From the NCBI GenBank assembly GCA_963662545.2, contig CAXXLL010000003.1, positions 2,752,001 through 2,816,000 of the forward strand: a stretch of DNA of 64,000 bases, read 5' to 3'. The position numbers and the translations under genes are program-made. Shown here piece by piece: positions 46,445-59,283 of the stretch. Within the stretch, counting starts at the first letter, position 1. The number at the start of each line of letters is the position of its first letter. A model generated the notes under the pieces. The model was not told the DNA's origin and made no database searches. It was given only the letters and a program-made list of their open reading frames with translations. The DNA is from Gammaproteobacteria bacterium (GTDB lineage: Bacteria; Pseudomonadota; Gammaproteobacteria; Ga0077536).

Positions 46445-48433
46445 CTAGATCTCGCATCCCACCTTTAATCCTTCGAGCACAGCCTCTTCGGCCGTGCGCG
46501 GTGACAGCGCATCGCCGATGACATGCACTTCCGTGCCAGAGTCTTCGAGACTGTTGAAGAGATCCATTTCGCTGTCGTGGCCATACGCGAGCACTAAAGT
46601 ATCGCATTCGAAATCCATCATATGCCCGCCACTCGCATGAACGAAATAGGCAGCGCTTTCGTCCGCACCGGCGAGACGGGCGTAATGGGTAAACTGGACA
46701 CCGAGTCGATCGATCTCGGCGATCATCGGATCGCGGGTATAGAATTGAAGGTTTACCCCAGCGCAATTCGCGACCGTCGCCAAGCGAACCTGATGTCCGG
46801 CTTTTATCAGTTTCATGGCTAAACCGAGGCCCACCCAGTCGCCGCGCCAATCGGCAATAACGATCCGAGACCCGCATTCGACTTCATCGTTAATGACTTG
46901 CCACGCGGTAACGACATGTGCGCTGTCGCTGATCTCGATGTCGGGGATATGCGGCGTGGCGCCAGAAGCGATGACTACGACATCAGCGTCGCTCGCACGA
47001 AGGGCTTCACCGGTTATTTTCGAACCGAGTTTTATGTCGACTCCCGCGGTACGTGCTTCGCGCTCGAGGTTAGTAACAATACCGCCAAACTCCCTGCGCT
47101 CGGGTAATAGTTGCGCGAGCAGTACTTGACCACCAAGGCGTTTGCTCTTTTCGTACAAAGTAACTTGGTGTCCGCGTTCCGCTGCAACAGCCGCCGCTTT
47201 TAGTCCTGCCGGGCCACCACCAACCACTAATACTTCACGTGACCTGTCGGCTGTAATGCGGTTACCATACTCCAGCTCGCGCCCAGATTCTGGAAACTGA
47301 ATACATGATATCGGTGCGCCCAAGGCGTAGTGCCCGATGCAGGCCTGGTTGCATGCGATACATACGCGAATATCATCCGCCCGTTGGCTCAATGCTTTGC
47401 GCGCCATCTCAGGATCGCAAATTTGCGCGCGAGTCATACCAACCATATCAACCTGTCCGGCCGCCAGCGCACGCTCGGCATCTTGCGGTTGATTAAAGCG
47501 TCCGGTTGCAAGAATTGTACGGCTGGTCGAACGTTTTACCTCTGCGGCGTAAGGAGCGACATAGGCCGGATCAATCGACATCGGCGGCACGATATGTACT
47601 GCGCCCTCGGTAGTCGACGACGAGCCCAAAGTAATATTGAAATAATCGAAACGGTCGGCTGTATCGAGCGCGGCGAGAACCTCAGAGACTTCATTCTGCG
47701 GGAACCCGCCAGCTTCGAGATCGTCGGCCGAGATACGCAACCCGACAATGGCGTCTTCGCCAACTTTGCCACGAATGCGGTCATGGATTTCGTTTAAAAA
47801 GCGTAACCGATTCTCAAAACTACCGCCGTAGTCGTCGGTGCGATGATTCAATCTTGGGTTACAGAACTGGATCGGCAGATAGCCATGACTTGCGAGTACT
47901 TCGACGCCGTCAAGTCCGGCGGAGATCATTCGCGCCGCAGTATCGGCGAAGCCTTGGATAACGTCTCGAATCATCGCGATCGGCATCGGCCTTGCGGTCA
48001 CTAGATAACGTTCCTGATGATGCGTGGACGGCGCCCACGCCGCCGGGCGACTGCCATCATCTAAGATCGCCGCAACTTCGGCACCGGGATGGAACAGTTG
48101 TCCGATCACCCCGCAGTCATGTGAGTGAAGCGCTTTGGCGAGTTGGCGAAAACCTGCGATCGACTCGTCTAGAAAAGCTGATGGTACGAACTCGTTAAAG
48201 TAGGCCGATTCGTGAGCAGATGCGGCCTCAGTAATGATCAAGCCGGCCCCACCGCGAGCGCGTGCTTCGTGGTAAGCGACGAACCGGTCGGTGATCAAAC
48301 CACCACGAGCAAGTAGGGTCTGATGGCCCGAGGAGAATATCCGGTTACGGAACGTCCGGCTGCGGATCGTGAGTGGCGAGGCGAGATTTTCGAACATCTG
48401 GTTGGCCTTTTTTGAAGTGCAAGAGTAGATCAC
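46445..48433 (-). CDS. NADH:flavin oxidoreductase (OYE-like plus FAD domain)
   Basis: RARGGAGL, GLDGVE..SHGYL, CIACNQAC, VGGGPAG. Confidence 0.9.
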   Translation of the reverse strand: MIYSCTSKKANQMFENLASPLTIRSRTFRNRIFSSGHQTLLARGGLITDRFVAYHEARARGGAGLIITEAASAHESAYFNEFVPSAFLDESIAGFRQLAKALHSHDCGVIGQLFHPGAEVAAILDDGSRPAAWAPSTHHQERYLVTARPMPIAMIRDVIQGFADTAARMISAGLDGVEVLASHGYLPIQFCNPRLNHRTDDYGGSFENRLRFLNEIHDRIRGKVGEDAIVGLRISADDLEAGGFPQNEVSEVLAALDTADRFDYFNITLGSSSTTEGAVHIVPPMSIDPAYVAPYAAEVKRSTSRTILATGRFNQPQDAERALAAGQVDMVGMTRAQICDPEMARKALSQRADDIRVCIACNQACIGHYALGAPISCIQFPESGRELEYGNRITADRSREVLVVGGGPAGLKAAAVAAERGHQVTLYEKSKRLGGQVLLAQLLPERREFGGIVTNLEREARTAGVDIKLGSKITGEALRASDADVVVIASGATPHIPDIEISDSAHVVTAWQVINDEVECGSRIVIADWRGDWVGLGLAMKLIKAGHQVRLATVANCAGVNLQFYTRDPMIAEIDRLGVQFTHYARLAGADESAAYFVHASGGHMMDFECDTLVLAYGHDSEMDLFNSLEDSGTEVHVIGDALSPRTAEEAVLEGLKVGCEI

Positions 48434-48522
48434 GCGAGCCAGTATCGATGGTCAACTTATCATTATCATGGGACAGTGTCGCGGATCAGGCGCTGGATAT
48501 CCGGATGTTAAAGGACGTCAAC

Positions 48523-50989
48523 TGTTGAGTTGCATCGAAAAGTGATCCGGGATTTGCATTGAAAATTGATCCACCCGGAAGAGCCAGTATGGCTCATTAT
48601 TTTGATGATTTTCTAGTCTTCTTTTCCTTTTTGTTTTGCATCGAACTGTTCTTGAAGCGGAAGCTATCATTTCCGGTCTCAGCGATGTGGCAATGATGCG
48701 TGAACCGGTCCAACAGCGCTGTTGTCATTTTTGGATCAACGAACACGCTGGACCACTCCGAGAAACTCAGATTAGTGGTAATGATGACGCTGGTGCGTTC
48801 ATAGAGCTTGCTGAGTAAATGGAAGAGCAACGCACCGCCGGCTTGCGAGAATGGCAGATATCCGAGTTCGTCAAGAATGACGAGGTCCGTATGAACTAAA
48901 CGCTTGGCCATTTTCCCAGGTTTTCTCTCTGCCTTTTCTTGTTCAAGCAGATTGACGAGTTCAATGGTAGAGAAGCAGCGAACCCGTAAATGATGATGCC
49001 TGATGGCATGGACGCCGATCGCGGTTGCCAAATGGGTTTTGCCGGTACCGGGTCCACCGATGAGGACGAGGTTATGTGCATCGTCGATGAAGTCGCCGGC
49101 ATGGAGCGTGCTGATCAAAGCCTGGTCAACGGTACTCTCGGTGAAGTCGAAACCGGCTAAATCGCGGTAAGCAGGGAAGCGAGCAACCTTCATTTGATAG
49201 TTGATCGACCGCACTTCGCGCTCGGCGACTTCGGCTTTAAGCAGTGACGCTAGAAGGGGCTCGGCTTGGCGGTAGGCCGGCGCCTGTTGTAGGGCGAGTT
49301 CACCGATAGCGTCAGCCATGCCGTGGAGTTTCAGCGACTTCAAGGTCGTTACCAGTGCGTCAGTCTGCATGGGTAACCTCCCGTAAATGATCGTAGCGAT
49401 CAACATTGGCTTGGGGCTCTTCAATCAAGCTCAGTCCGGCCGGTGCGTCGATGCGCGCTGGTGCGGTTGTTTCGAGCAACCGATTGAGGATATTGATAAC
49501 GTGTTGCTTCGAAGGCGCGCCAGTTTCAAGCGCGAGTTCGACGGCACACAGCACCGTCTGCTCGTCGTGGTGCAAGACCAACGCCAAAACCTCGACCATC
49601 TCGCGATCGCCACCAGGGCGCTTGAGTCGTGTTGATTGGAGACGTTTGAACCCGTCAGGGAGCTCGGCAAAGGGAGCCCCATTACGCAACGCGCCCGGCT
49701 TGCGTTGCACCACGGCCAAATAATGACGCCCGTCGTATAAGACTTGCGCGGTGCGGTCATGACCCTGCGAGAACAGCCTGGGATGTTCGACGACTTTGCT
49801 ACCTTCAGCGACAATCACGAGTCGATTCGCATAAACGCGTAGACTCACGGCGTGGTTCGCGAATGCAGCCGGCACACGGTAACGATTGCGCTCGAACGCG
49901 ATCAAACAGGTTGGCGACACCCGTTTAGTGTGCTCGATGAATCCATCGAACGGCGGCGGCATCCGCATCAGTGCTGTTTGCTCATCTACCCAGACCTCGG
50001 CGATGGTCCGCATCGGTTGCTCGGGGTGACGAACCTCATGCCACAGCATCTGACAACGAGCGGCCAACCAGGTATTAAGTTCGTCCAGGTCAACAAACTT
50101 CGGTGCATCGTGCCAGAACCGTGACCGCGAGTCCCTCACGTTCTTCTCGATCTGGCCCTTCTCCCAGCCGGCGGCGGGGCTGCAAAATGTCGCCTCGAGT
50201 AAGAAGTGGCTGGCCATCGCCTGGAAACGCGCGTTGACCTCGCGGATCTTACCCCGACCAACCCGGTTCACGGCCGTCTTCATGTTGTCGTAAATACCCC
50301 GCTGAGGCACACCGCCCAGCACGGCCAACGCGTGGTTGTGCGCATCGAATAACATCTCGTGCGTTTGCAGCGGGTAAGCACGTAGGACGAATGCGCGGCT
50401 GTAGGAGAGTTTGAAATGCGCGATCATGAGCTTGCGGCGCTCGCCGCCGATCACTGCCCAGTCTTCGGACCAATCAAACTGAAAAGCCTCTCCCGGCTCG
50501 AACACCAACGGGACAAACGTCCCACGGGCCGCCTTTACCCCCTCTTGGCGCCGCGTCCGCCACGCGCGCGCGAATGCTGCGACCCGGTCGTAGGAACCGC
50601 GATATCCCAGATGAACCAAGTCGCCGTAGAGTTGGCGTAAATTACGCCGTTGTTTGCGGCTACGACCCGATTCTCGCGTCAGCCACGACGCCAGCGTTTC
50701 CGCATCGTCATCTATTTTGCTGGGGGTCGTGCGCTTGGGATACGCAGGCTCCACCTCGCCGCTCGCCAAATACTTAGCAATCGTGTTCCTGGATAACTTC
50801 GTTCGACGGGATATCTCTCGGATCGACTGGCCTTCCCGAAAATGCCAGCGTCTAATAACACTCAATAAATCCACGTCCATCACTCCTTCTGTCTCCTGCT
50901 CGGTTCCGAGCAGGCAAGGGTCTATGAGTGGATCAAATTTGGATGCAAATACCTACCTTAAGTGGATCACTTTTAAGTGCAAATCAACA
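48523..50989 (-). mobile_element. IS21 element 2 (istA 49360-50883, istB 48597-49370)
   Basis: Full IstA/IstB, TGTTGA..TCAACA ends; closely related to element 1; no TSD. Confidence 0.93.
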
Positions 50990-51821
50990 GAAGGATGACA
51001 AAATGCACGGGCAAGGCACCTTTACCTTTGCCGATGGGCGCGTTCAAGAAGGTATCTTTGAGAACGATGAGTTTCTCTATGCACAAAAGGTTAGTCCAAA
51101 GAAATCCCCTCCCGTCATAGAAGATGACGGTAAGGCCATTGCTGCAGCGTCAGGTACAGGATTTGCGGTCACCCGCTCGGGACACATCGTCACCAACCAT
51201 CACGTTATCAATGGCTGCAATGAGGTCAAGGTCCACTACGAAGGGAAAATCATCCCGGCAACGGTCCTGTCAACAGATCCGCTAAACGATTTGGCGGTTC
51301 TAAAAGCTGACTTTAAGCCCACCACGGTTCTCCCGCTCAGCAAGAAAAATCCCGAATTGATGGAAGATGTGTTCGTTGCAGGGTTCCCCTTTGGAAAAAA
51401 CATCAGCTCCTCGGTGAAGATCACCAAAGGGATCATCAGCTCACTCACAGGGCTGGGCGATAACTACTCCAATATTCAGATAGACGCAGCACTCCAACCC
51501 GGCAACAGTGGCGGGCCTATTTTTAACGAGAAAGGCAATGTCGTGGCCGTTGCAGTTGCGAAGTTAGATTTGAAAAAAGTGATAGAGCACTTCGGCGTTA
51601 TCCCAGAGAACACGAACTTCGGTATCAAGGCGAACATCGTCTCCAATCTTCTAGCGAGCAATAACATCACCACGGGTGCACCCAACACCAAGGCTGTATC
51701 TAAATCTAAGTTAGGCAAGGCCGTCTCGAACGCAACGTATTACTTATCTTGTTGGATGACGATGGCACAGATACAGAAGATGCAATCGCAGAAAGTGATC
51801 TTTAGCGATCTGACTCAGTAA
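50990..51821 (+). pseudogene. MORN-repeat trypsin-like serine protease, 5' truncated by IS21
   Basis: HGQGTFTFADG MORN; VTNHHV, NDLAVL, PGNSGGP. Confidence 0.8.
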
Positions 51822-51845
51822 CGGATATGAAACACCTCGCGATCT

Positions 51846-52958
51846 GTGCGTAAAGTACGCCGCGTGATGCTGGATCCACCGATTCGAGTTGTCTATGCTC
51901 AAACAATGGGGGGACCGAACATAATTCGAAAAACCTTTCGTGTGCTTGTTTCGCTGATCGCCGTAACAGCATTTAGCAGCACCCCTGCTGAGACCATCCG
52001 TAGCATTCGTACACAAATCGGTGAGGCGTGGCACATACAGGATATGGCCAATTCAGCGTCAGGCTACGTAACCTTGAAAAGTTACAAATTATTTTCGAAG
52101 CCGATAAAAATCCGTTCTGATTTGACGCGAGTAATTCGAGACACTTTTGACAACATATCGAGAGCCGCTGAACTAGACGCCAGACTGTTGTTGATTCGTG
52201 GCAGTGAGCCAAACGCCTTTGCAGGTCCGATTAACGGAGTCAAAACTGTTGGGGTGAACTTCGCGATGGTGACGTTGGTTGGGTACAACTCCGACCAATG
52301 GGCAGCCCTGCTTGGGCACGAACTCGCACACCTCAAGCTTGAGCATGTTACGAAAAACCTCATGCGCAGAATCCCGATAGCGATATTGCAAGAAATCGTG
52401 CGCAGCAATACGGCAGATCCCACTACTCAACTTGGAGTGGATTTGCTTGCGCAGTTAGTCAATACCCATTTCTCTAGGGACCAAGAACGAGAGTCAGACT
52501 ACCTGGGTGCGATCTGGGCGATAGAAGCTGGCTACTCTGCATTTGGTGCTGCTGAGCTTCATCAGCGAATGTACGAAAAGCGTGGTGGTTCCCTCGTCCT
52601 TCCATTCCTCACATCGCATCCAACTGGCCCGGAAAGGATTGAAACGTTAAAAGCGCTCGCGGTACGTCTGACGCCTAGTGATGTTTTGCCCTATATCGAG
52701 CATCAGCCGAGCGCTTCAGACCTATCGAGAGCGGAACTAGTAAAGCTCGGTATGTATCCAGAAACTGCAACAGCATTGTTGGGAGATCCATACCATGTTG
52801 AAACGTTCGCTGGAGGCGAGTTCTGGTACTACTGTGAAGGTGGTGTATATGCGGACAAGATGTTGTCGCTACATTTCGTCGCGGGTCAGCTAGTCGATAA
52901 GCGGATTCACTCAGATGCGGGATCCGACTATTCCCAGAAAATAAATTGCGCTCAATAA
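51846..52958 (+). CDS. M48-family metalloprotease with C-terminal SmpA/OmlA-like domain
   Basis: PNAFA, LGHELAH, FSRDQERESD, TSHP..ERI; start uncertain. Confidence 0.82.
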   Translation: MRKVRRVMLDPPIRVVYAQTMGGPNIIRKTFRVLVSLIAVTAFSSTPAETIRSIRTQIGEAWHIQDMANSASGYVTLKSYKLFSKPIKIRSDLTRVIRDTFDNISRAAELDARLLLIRGSEPNAFAGPINGVKTVGVNFAMVTLVGYNSDQWAALLGHELAHLKLEHVTKNLMRRIPIAILQEIVRSNTADPTTQLGVDLLAQLVNTHFSRDQERESDYLGAIWAIEAGYSAFGAAELHQRMYEKRGGSLVLPFLTSHPTGPERIETLKALAVRLTPSDVLPYIEHQPSASDLSRAELVKLGMYPETATALLGDPYHVETFAGGEFWYYCEGGVYADKMLSLHFVAGQLVDKRIHSDAGSDYSQKINCAQ

Positions 52959-53113
52959 ATCCAAACGAATCGCGGATAGCAGGACAGCCTATCCAGCACC
53001 TCCCTACTCTAACTCGCCCGAGAGTGTGTTGCGAAGAACTACAAAGGGTGCTGATACTGACCGACTTTTGCTTGAACTTCCCCGATTTACCGTCCTGTGA
53101 TAAAACTTAGAAT

Positions 53114-56100
53114 ATGAACCGCTTAACGCTAATCCTTGTCCTAACGATGACCGTGCTTCTTGGAAGTTCGGGAGTGTGTTGGAGTGCAGATTTCCAGAAA
53201 GGGGTTGATGCTCACGAGAGAGGAGATTACGCAACTGCTCTCAAGGAGTTTACGCCTCTTGCTGAACAAGGGTATGCATCTGACCAGTACAATCTGGGTT
53301 TGATGTACCGCAAGGGACAAGGAGTTCCACAGGACGATAAGACTGCAGTGAAGTGGTACACCCTTGCTGCTGAACAAGGGCATGCATCTGCCCAGTACAA
53401 TCTGGGTTTTATGTACGTCGAGGGAGAAGGCGTCATACAGGACTATAAGACTGCAGTGAAGTGGTACACCCTTGCTGCTGAACAAGGGTATGCATCTGCC
53501 CAGTACAATCTGGGTTTTATGTACCGCAAGGGACAAGGAGTTCCACAGGACTGTAAATCGGCGTGCAAAAATGACCCACTTACGGGGGTGATCGGCGTGC
53601 AAAATTGACCCACCTTCAACCATGCTGTCTGACCTATTTTAGTCAGGGAGCATATGAAGGAGATGTTGACGGTGGAGACGATCAGGAAGATTCGATTAGC
53701 AGCACGTGATGGCAAGAAGTCTATTCGCCAGATAACAAAGGATTTCAACGTATCGCGCAATACGGTGCGTAAAGTTCTAAGGAGTGATCAGACGCACTTC
53801 GAGTATCACCGAGATACGGTGCACCGACCCAAGCTCGGTCCGTTTATCGATACATTGACGACGTTGTTGAAGCACGCTCAGCCTCTGCCGTTGAAGCAAC
53901 GGCGTACAGCGCAAGGTTACTACGAGGCACTGCAGGCCGAAGGTTACCGCGGTGCTTACGATAGCGTGCGTCGTTTTGTGAAGAACTGGCGGGCAGAACA
54001 TCAGGGAAGTCCTACCGACGCCTACATCCCACTCGTATTCGAGCCCGGCGAGGCCTTCCAGTTTGACTGGAGCCACGAGAAGATCGTCATTGCCGGGGCC
54101 ATGACCGACGTGAAGATTGCCCACCTCCGCTTGTGTCACAGCCGCCTGTTCCTGACCGTCGCTTATCTTCGCGAGTCACAGGAGATGGTGTTCGATGCCC
54201 ATCGCAGAGCCTTCGAGTTTTTCGGTGGCGTCACCCGGCGCGGCATTTACGACAACATGAAGACGGCCGTGTGCCGCATCCTGCGAGGCAAGGAACGCGA
54301 CTTCAACCGCCGCTTCGAGGAACTGGCCAGTCATTACCTTTTTGAGCCGGTGGCCTGTACGCCGGGCGCGGGCTGGGAGAAAGGTCAGGTGGAGAACCAG
54401 GTGCGCACGGTCCGACGGCGATTGTTCACGCCCACGCGCAAAGCCGCGAGCCTCGATGATCTCAACCACGCACTACGGGCGGAGTGCCTGCAGTGGGCGA
54501 AGAATCAGCGTCACCCAGTCCTCAAGGATCAGACAGTATGGTCCGTCTTTGTGTCTGAACGACCTTCGTTACTGACCTTGCCACGGGCCTTTGACGGTTA
54601 TGCCGAACGTACCGTGCGCGTCAGTTCAACCTCGCTGGTGAGTTTTGACCGCAATCGCTACAGCGTCGATTGCAAAGCGGCCGGTCGGACCGCTGAGCTC
54701 AGAAGCTATGCCGACAAGATCGTGGTGATGCACGGTGGCGAGTGCGTGGCCCAGCATTCACGCTGCTTCCAGCGCGATCAAATGATCTTCGACCCGTGGC
54801 ATTACCTGCCGGTGCTGCAGAAGAAGCCCGGAGCGTTACGCAACGGCGCACCGTTCAAGGACTGGGATCTGCCCCGATCCATTCATCGTACCTGGCAGCG
54901 GCTGAAGCATTATCCCGACTGGGATCGGCAACTGGTCGACATCCTCGCCTGCCTACCAGGCTATGGCCTGGATGCCGTTGCCGATGCTTGCAACGAGGCA
55001 CTGAGCAACGGCTCGGTGAGCCGCGACGTCATCATCAACCTGCTGGCCCGGCAACATGAGGAAGCCAGTCCCGAAATCGTCACCATCCCGGCCCACCTGG
55101 AACTCAACGAACCGCCGGTTGCAGACTGCGCCCGTTATGACCGCTTCAGGAAGGAGGGGGTCCATGTCGCGTGATTATGTGATGGGGCTGATGAAGTCCC
55201 TGAAGTTTGTGGCGATCCCGAAAGCCTATGATGAGGTCCTCGCCACCGCCCGCAAGCGTAAGCAAACGACCGAGACCGTCATCGAGCAACTCTTCGAGAT
55301 CGAGGTCAGTGAGCGTCAGGCACGATCGATTCGTTACCGCATGACGCAGGCACGATTCCCAGTGTCCAAAGATCTGGACAGCTTCGAGTTCGACAAGCTC
55401 TCCGTCGAAGAGACGCAGATCAAGAGCCTCTACGGTGGCGACTTTATCGAGGAACACCGCAACATTGTTTTTGTCGGCGGCACGGGTACCGGTAAAATGC
55501 ATTTGGCAACCGCCATCGCCTCGCAGGCTGTGCGATCCGGCTATCGGGCCAAGTTTTTCAACCGGGTTGATCTGGCCAACCCGCTCGAACAGGAAAAACT
55601 CAACGGCAAAGGCGGTCGTCTTGCCGATCGACTGGCTAAATACACCGAACTGGTGGTGCTCGATGAACTCGGTTATCTGCCATTTTCAAAGAATGGCGGC
55701 CAGCTCGTTTTCCACCGGCTCTCTCATCTTTATCAACGCACCTCGGTCATCATCACCACCCACCTGGCCTTCGGTGAATGGCCAGCGGTCTTTGGCGACA
55801 AGAAAATGACGACCGCACTGCTGGATCGAGTAACACATCACTGCGACATCATCGAAACAGGCAACGACAGTTGGAGAATCAAGCACAGAGATTAATGCAA
55901 AAAACCATTTCTGGGTGGGTCAATATTCGACGCCGATAGTGGGTCAGTTTTCGATGCCTATTTACACACAGGACGATAAGACTGCAGTGAAGTGGTACAC
56001 CCTTGCTGCTGAACAAGGGTATGCATCTGCCCAGTACAATCTGGGTTTGATGTACGTCGAGGGAGAAGGCGTCATACAGGACAATGTCTATGCCCATATG

Positions 56101-56253
56101 TGGTGGAACATCGCCGCATCATCTGGGGAAAGTGAGAGTGAGAAAGCATCTGCAAACAGAGACATTGTTGCGGAAGAGATGACCCCTGACCAAATCGCAG
56201 AAGCACAGAAACTCGCCCGAGAATGTGTTGCGAAGAACTACAAAGGGTGCTGA
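53114..56253 (+). pseudogene. Secreted Sel1-repeat protein split by IS21 (53114-53551 + 55975-56253)
   Basis: Signal peptide, 36-aa AQYNLG.MY..G.GV.QD repeats, ends ARECVAKNYKGC; rejoins in frame. Confidence 0.9.
53552..55966 (+). mobile_element. IS21 element 3 (istA 53654-55174, istB 55164-55895)
   Basis: TGTAAAT..ATTTACA ends; 8-bp TSD CACAGGAC. Confidence 0.94.
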
Positions 56254-56267
56254 GTAGAACTCCCCCT

Positions 56268-56368
56268 ATGAACCGTGTCCTCGCACCCATCCTCCTGCTG
56301 ACCCTCCTGTTTCCCACATTCGCAATCGGGGAGACGATGGACGACTTGGTGGAGCGGGACGGTATGAG
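56268..56368 (+). pseudogene. 5' fragment of a secreted protein truncated by IS3
   Basis: MNRVLAPILLLTLLFPTFAIGETMDDLVERDG. Confidence 0.55.
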
Positions 56369-56369
56369 A

Positions 56370-57640
56370 GAAGTGGACCCCGGATCTTGGACACTGTCTT
56401 AAGTGAAATCTCCACTGGGTCTTAGGCCGCTTGGGCGACCTCATCGAAGTACACCGCATCCGGGGTGCGTCGGTCCAGCGCCGTGTGGCGGCGCCGAGCA
56501 TTGTAGAAATCGAAATAGCGGGTGAGGCCGACACGCAGCGCGGCCGGCGTGTCATAGGCTCGCAGGTAGATATCCTCGTACTTCACGCTGCGCCACAGTC
56601 GCTCGACGAAAACGTTGTCGAGCCAGCGCCCCTTGCCATCCATGCTGATCGCCACGCCGTGTGTCTTGAGCACATCGGTGAACGCCTCGGAGGTGAATTG
56701 CGCGCCCTGGTCGGTGTTGAAGATCTCCGGCGCCCCGTACCGAGCCAACGCCTCCTCAAGTGCCTCGACACAGAACGCACTGTCCAACGTGTTCGATACC
56801 CGCCACGAGAGCACCCGCCGCGAGTACCAATCCATCGCCGCGACCAGATACATGAACCCCCGGGCCATCGGGATATAGCAGATGTCCGTTGCCCAGACCT
56901 GGTTCGCCCGCGCGACCGAAATGTCCCTGAGCAAGTACGGGTAGACCTTATGGCCACGACCCGCCACGCTTGTGCGAGGCTTCGGATAGAGCGCCGCCAG
57001 CCCCATCTGGCGCATCAGTCGCTGCACCCGCTTGCGATTGACCCAATGCCCGCGGGTCTCCAGTTCGTCGCGCATCCGACGACTGCCGTAGAACGGGCGT
57101 TCGAGATGAATCTCGTCGATCAGACGCATCAGCGCCAAGTCTGCCTCCGACACTGGGCTCGGGCGGTAGTACGCCGTCGAGCGCGCGACCTCGAGCAGCT
57201 CACAGCGCCGGGTGACCGGCAACGAATGTTCGCGCTGGACCATCTGTCTGCGCTCGCTCATCGGTCGCGACCGAGCGCTTTGGATAAAAAATCCTTCTCC
57301 ATTGTCAGTTGACCGATTTTGGCGTGGAGCTTCTCGGTCTCGCGTTCACCGTTCTCGCCTCCGTCCTTAGCGCCATTGCCAAAAAACTCCTCCGCATGCG
57401 ACAACAGCTTCTTCTTCCAGTCCTGGATTTGATTGGGGTGAATATCAAACTGCTCAGCGAGTTCAACCATCGTGCGGTCCTCTCGAACCGCCGCCAGAGC
57501 CACTTTCGCCTTGAAGCTTGCCGAATGATTGCGTCGTTTCCTCTTTGTCATCTTCTGCTCCTTCTCCGCCGAGTACTTTAATACAGAAGATTTCACTTAG
57601 CTCCGCCGTTCAGCTGTCCAATCGATGGGGTCCACCGCTG
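56370..57640 (-). mobile_element. IS3-family element (orfA ~57258-57551, orfB 56422-57261)
   Basis: WATDICY, FNTDQGAQF, DNVFVERLWRSVKYE; IRs GTGGACCCC..TTGGACA. Confidence 0.9.
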
Positions 57641-58075
57641 AGTGGCCCACCTTTTCGGACGATCTAGCGGCTGAGTTAAGGTGTATTCCGGTTGTTTCTC
57701 AGGTCGCCAGAATCCCCTCGGTTCGAGCTTCCTGTTGCTGTTGTTGCGCCTGTGGAGATGTGGGCAAGGCGCGGAGCGGCTTGTCCATCTTATCCACAGG
57801 CGGGTCGCCGCGGCCTGCCTCTGCCGGGGTTCTCCCGTCCAGCGCCGAGTGCGCTCTCTCGAGGTTATAAAAGCGGACCCAATCACCGATCAGGCGCCGG
57901 GCCTGGGAGCCGTCGGCGCTCTCGTGCAGCGTTCGATCCCCGCGAAGCGCCTTCAGCGCCACCTTCGCCTTCAACTCCCCCGAAAACCTGCGTCGCTTGC
58001 TGCTCATTCGCATTCCTCCGTCAGACGGTGGAATACACCTTAACGGCCTGTCCGGTTTTCCGGGGCCACCTTACA
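57641..58075 (-). mobile_element. Internally deleted IS3 (orfA start fused to orfB end)
   Basis: MSSKRRRFSGELKAKVAL.. fused to ..FYNLERAHSALDGRTP; IR-like ends. Confidence 0.75.
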
Positions 58076-58917
58076 GTACGGCGGCGTCAGGGTGTCAAAC
58101 CTTGGCGCCTCGCGCGCAGGCCCCAACAAGTGAGACACCGAGACCCATAGGTACTTAAGCCAAACGCCGACGTGGTTGGAGGACCCCCCTGGTGCTTCAA
58201 GCCAAAGGGTCCCATCGGCGACTCTTTCCACATGCGCGATAAACTTAATTATCGCGTATCGGGAACCTGGTTCAGCCATGATGTGAGCGTCCAGGACGTG
58301 AGCCGGGGCCCGCGTCGACCGAGACCGACAGGGGCCAGCAATACTGCGCACAGGGTGTCATCGAAGGGTCATGAGATTCTGCGCGCCAGGGTCGCCCGGG
58401 CCATCGCATGGGGCTATCGCCCCGCGGCCACCGGCACGCCTTGCTCGCGGATCACGCGCTATCGCCGTCCGCTGCGAGGGCGGCTACTCGTCAAGGCGGC
58501 GCGGGAATTGCGGGGCCGTCTAGCTATGACGGCTTTCAGCGAAGGGGTGTTGTCCGGCGTGTGCATCGACGCGTCGTTGAGAAACAGGAATGCGCGATAC
58601 GTCTTCCAGCTCAAGGCGCGCGACGAGGCGGCTCTCGTGATGGCTACGCGGCTTCACAACCCAAAACATTCATGCCTTGACCGGCCCCCCCACCAGAGGG
58701 CCAGTTTGGATGTGAATTTAAGCGCCAAGGTTTTAAATCTCCGAGATTTGTGTGGAGTACAAGAATCAGCGTGACACGACGGGGCGCGAACAAGAAGCTC
58801 GCGTTAATCGCGCTCAACAACGTTTAATCAATGCGAGTATCTCGACGCAACTACACTGGAATTACACATAGGTGATCCGAATGATTAGCAGGCCATGCTG
58901 TAACGCGCTGAATGAAA

Positions 58918-58993
58918 TGGTGGCCAGGGGCAGAATCGAACTGCCGACACAGGGATTTTCAGTCCCCTGCTCTACCGACTGAGCTACCTGGCC
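58918..58993 (-). tRNA. tRNA-Phe(GAA)
   Basis: GGCCAGGTAGCTCAGTCGGTAGAGCAGGGGACTGAAAATCCCTGTGTCGGCAGTTCGATTCTGCCCCTGGCCACCA, 76 nt with CCA. Confidence 0.97.
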
Positions 58994-59283
58994 ATTGAGA
59001 AGCGGAAAATTAGAGGCGGAAAGCCGAGAGTGGGACTGAAATCCGCCGATGTCGCGCTTGCAAGTGCGGCGGTATTAAATCGGGACTTAAGAGGCGAGTC
59101 AACCCGGTTAGGGCCGGTCGAATAGGCGGCGCCATTAGTGGAAATTATCCTGATTACGGGCGCTTGGAACCGATTGAGCCGGGCAAGGGGAAAGCGAAGA
59201 GTCTGAGGTGATGCCTTGACCTTTGATGCTGTAACGTCAAATATTGCTGGTCTAATTGCCATCATGAATCCGGGAGTCTAGCT

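Noticed and set aside
52974-52996. Hairpin GGATAGCAGGACAGCCTATCC as another member of the insertion family
   Set aside because: Shares the GCAGGACAGC loop with the 8056 insertion but lacks the other hairpins; may be a plain terminator
53260-53551. Tandem 108-bp repeats as a CRISPR or DGR
   Set aside because: In-frame Sel1 coding repeats; no spacers and no reverse transcriptase
56431-57312. Long antisense/shadow ORFs (also 5337-6371, 59717-60775 and similar)
   Set aside because: Overlap well-supported genes; expected in GC-rich DNA
58172-58774. 200-aa ORF next to the tRNA
   Set aside because: No recognisable motifs; probably decayed or non-coding DNA
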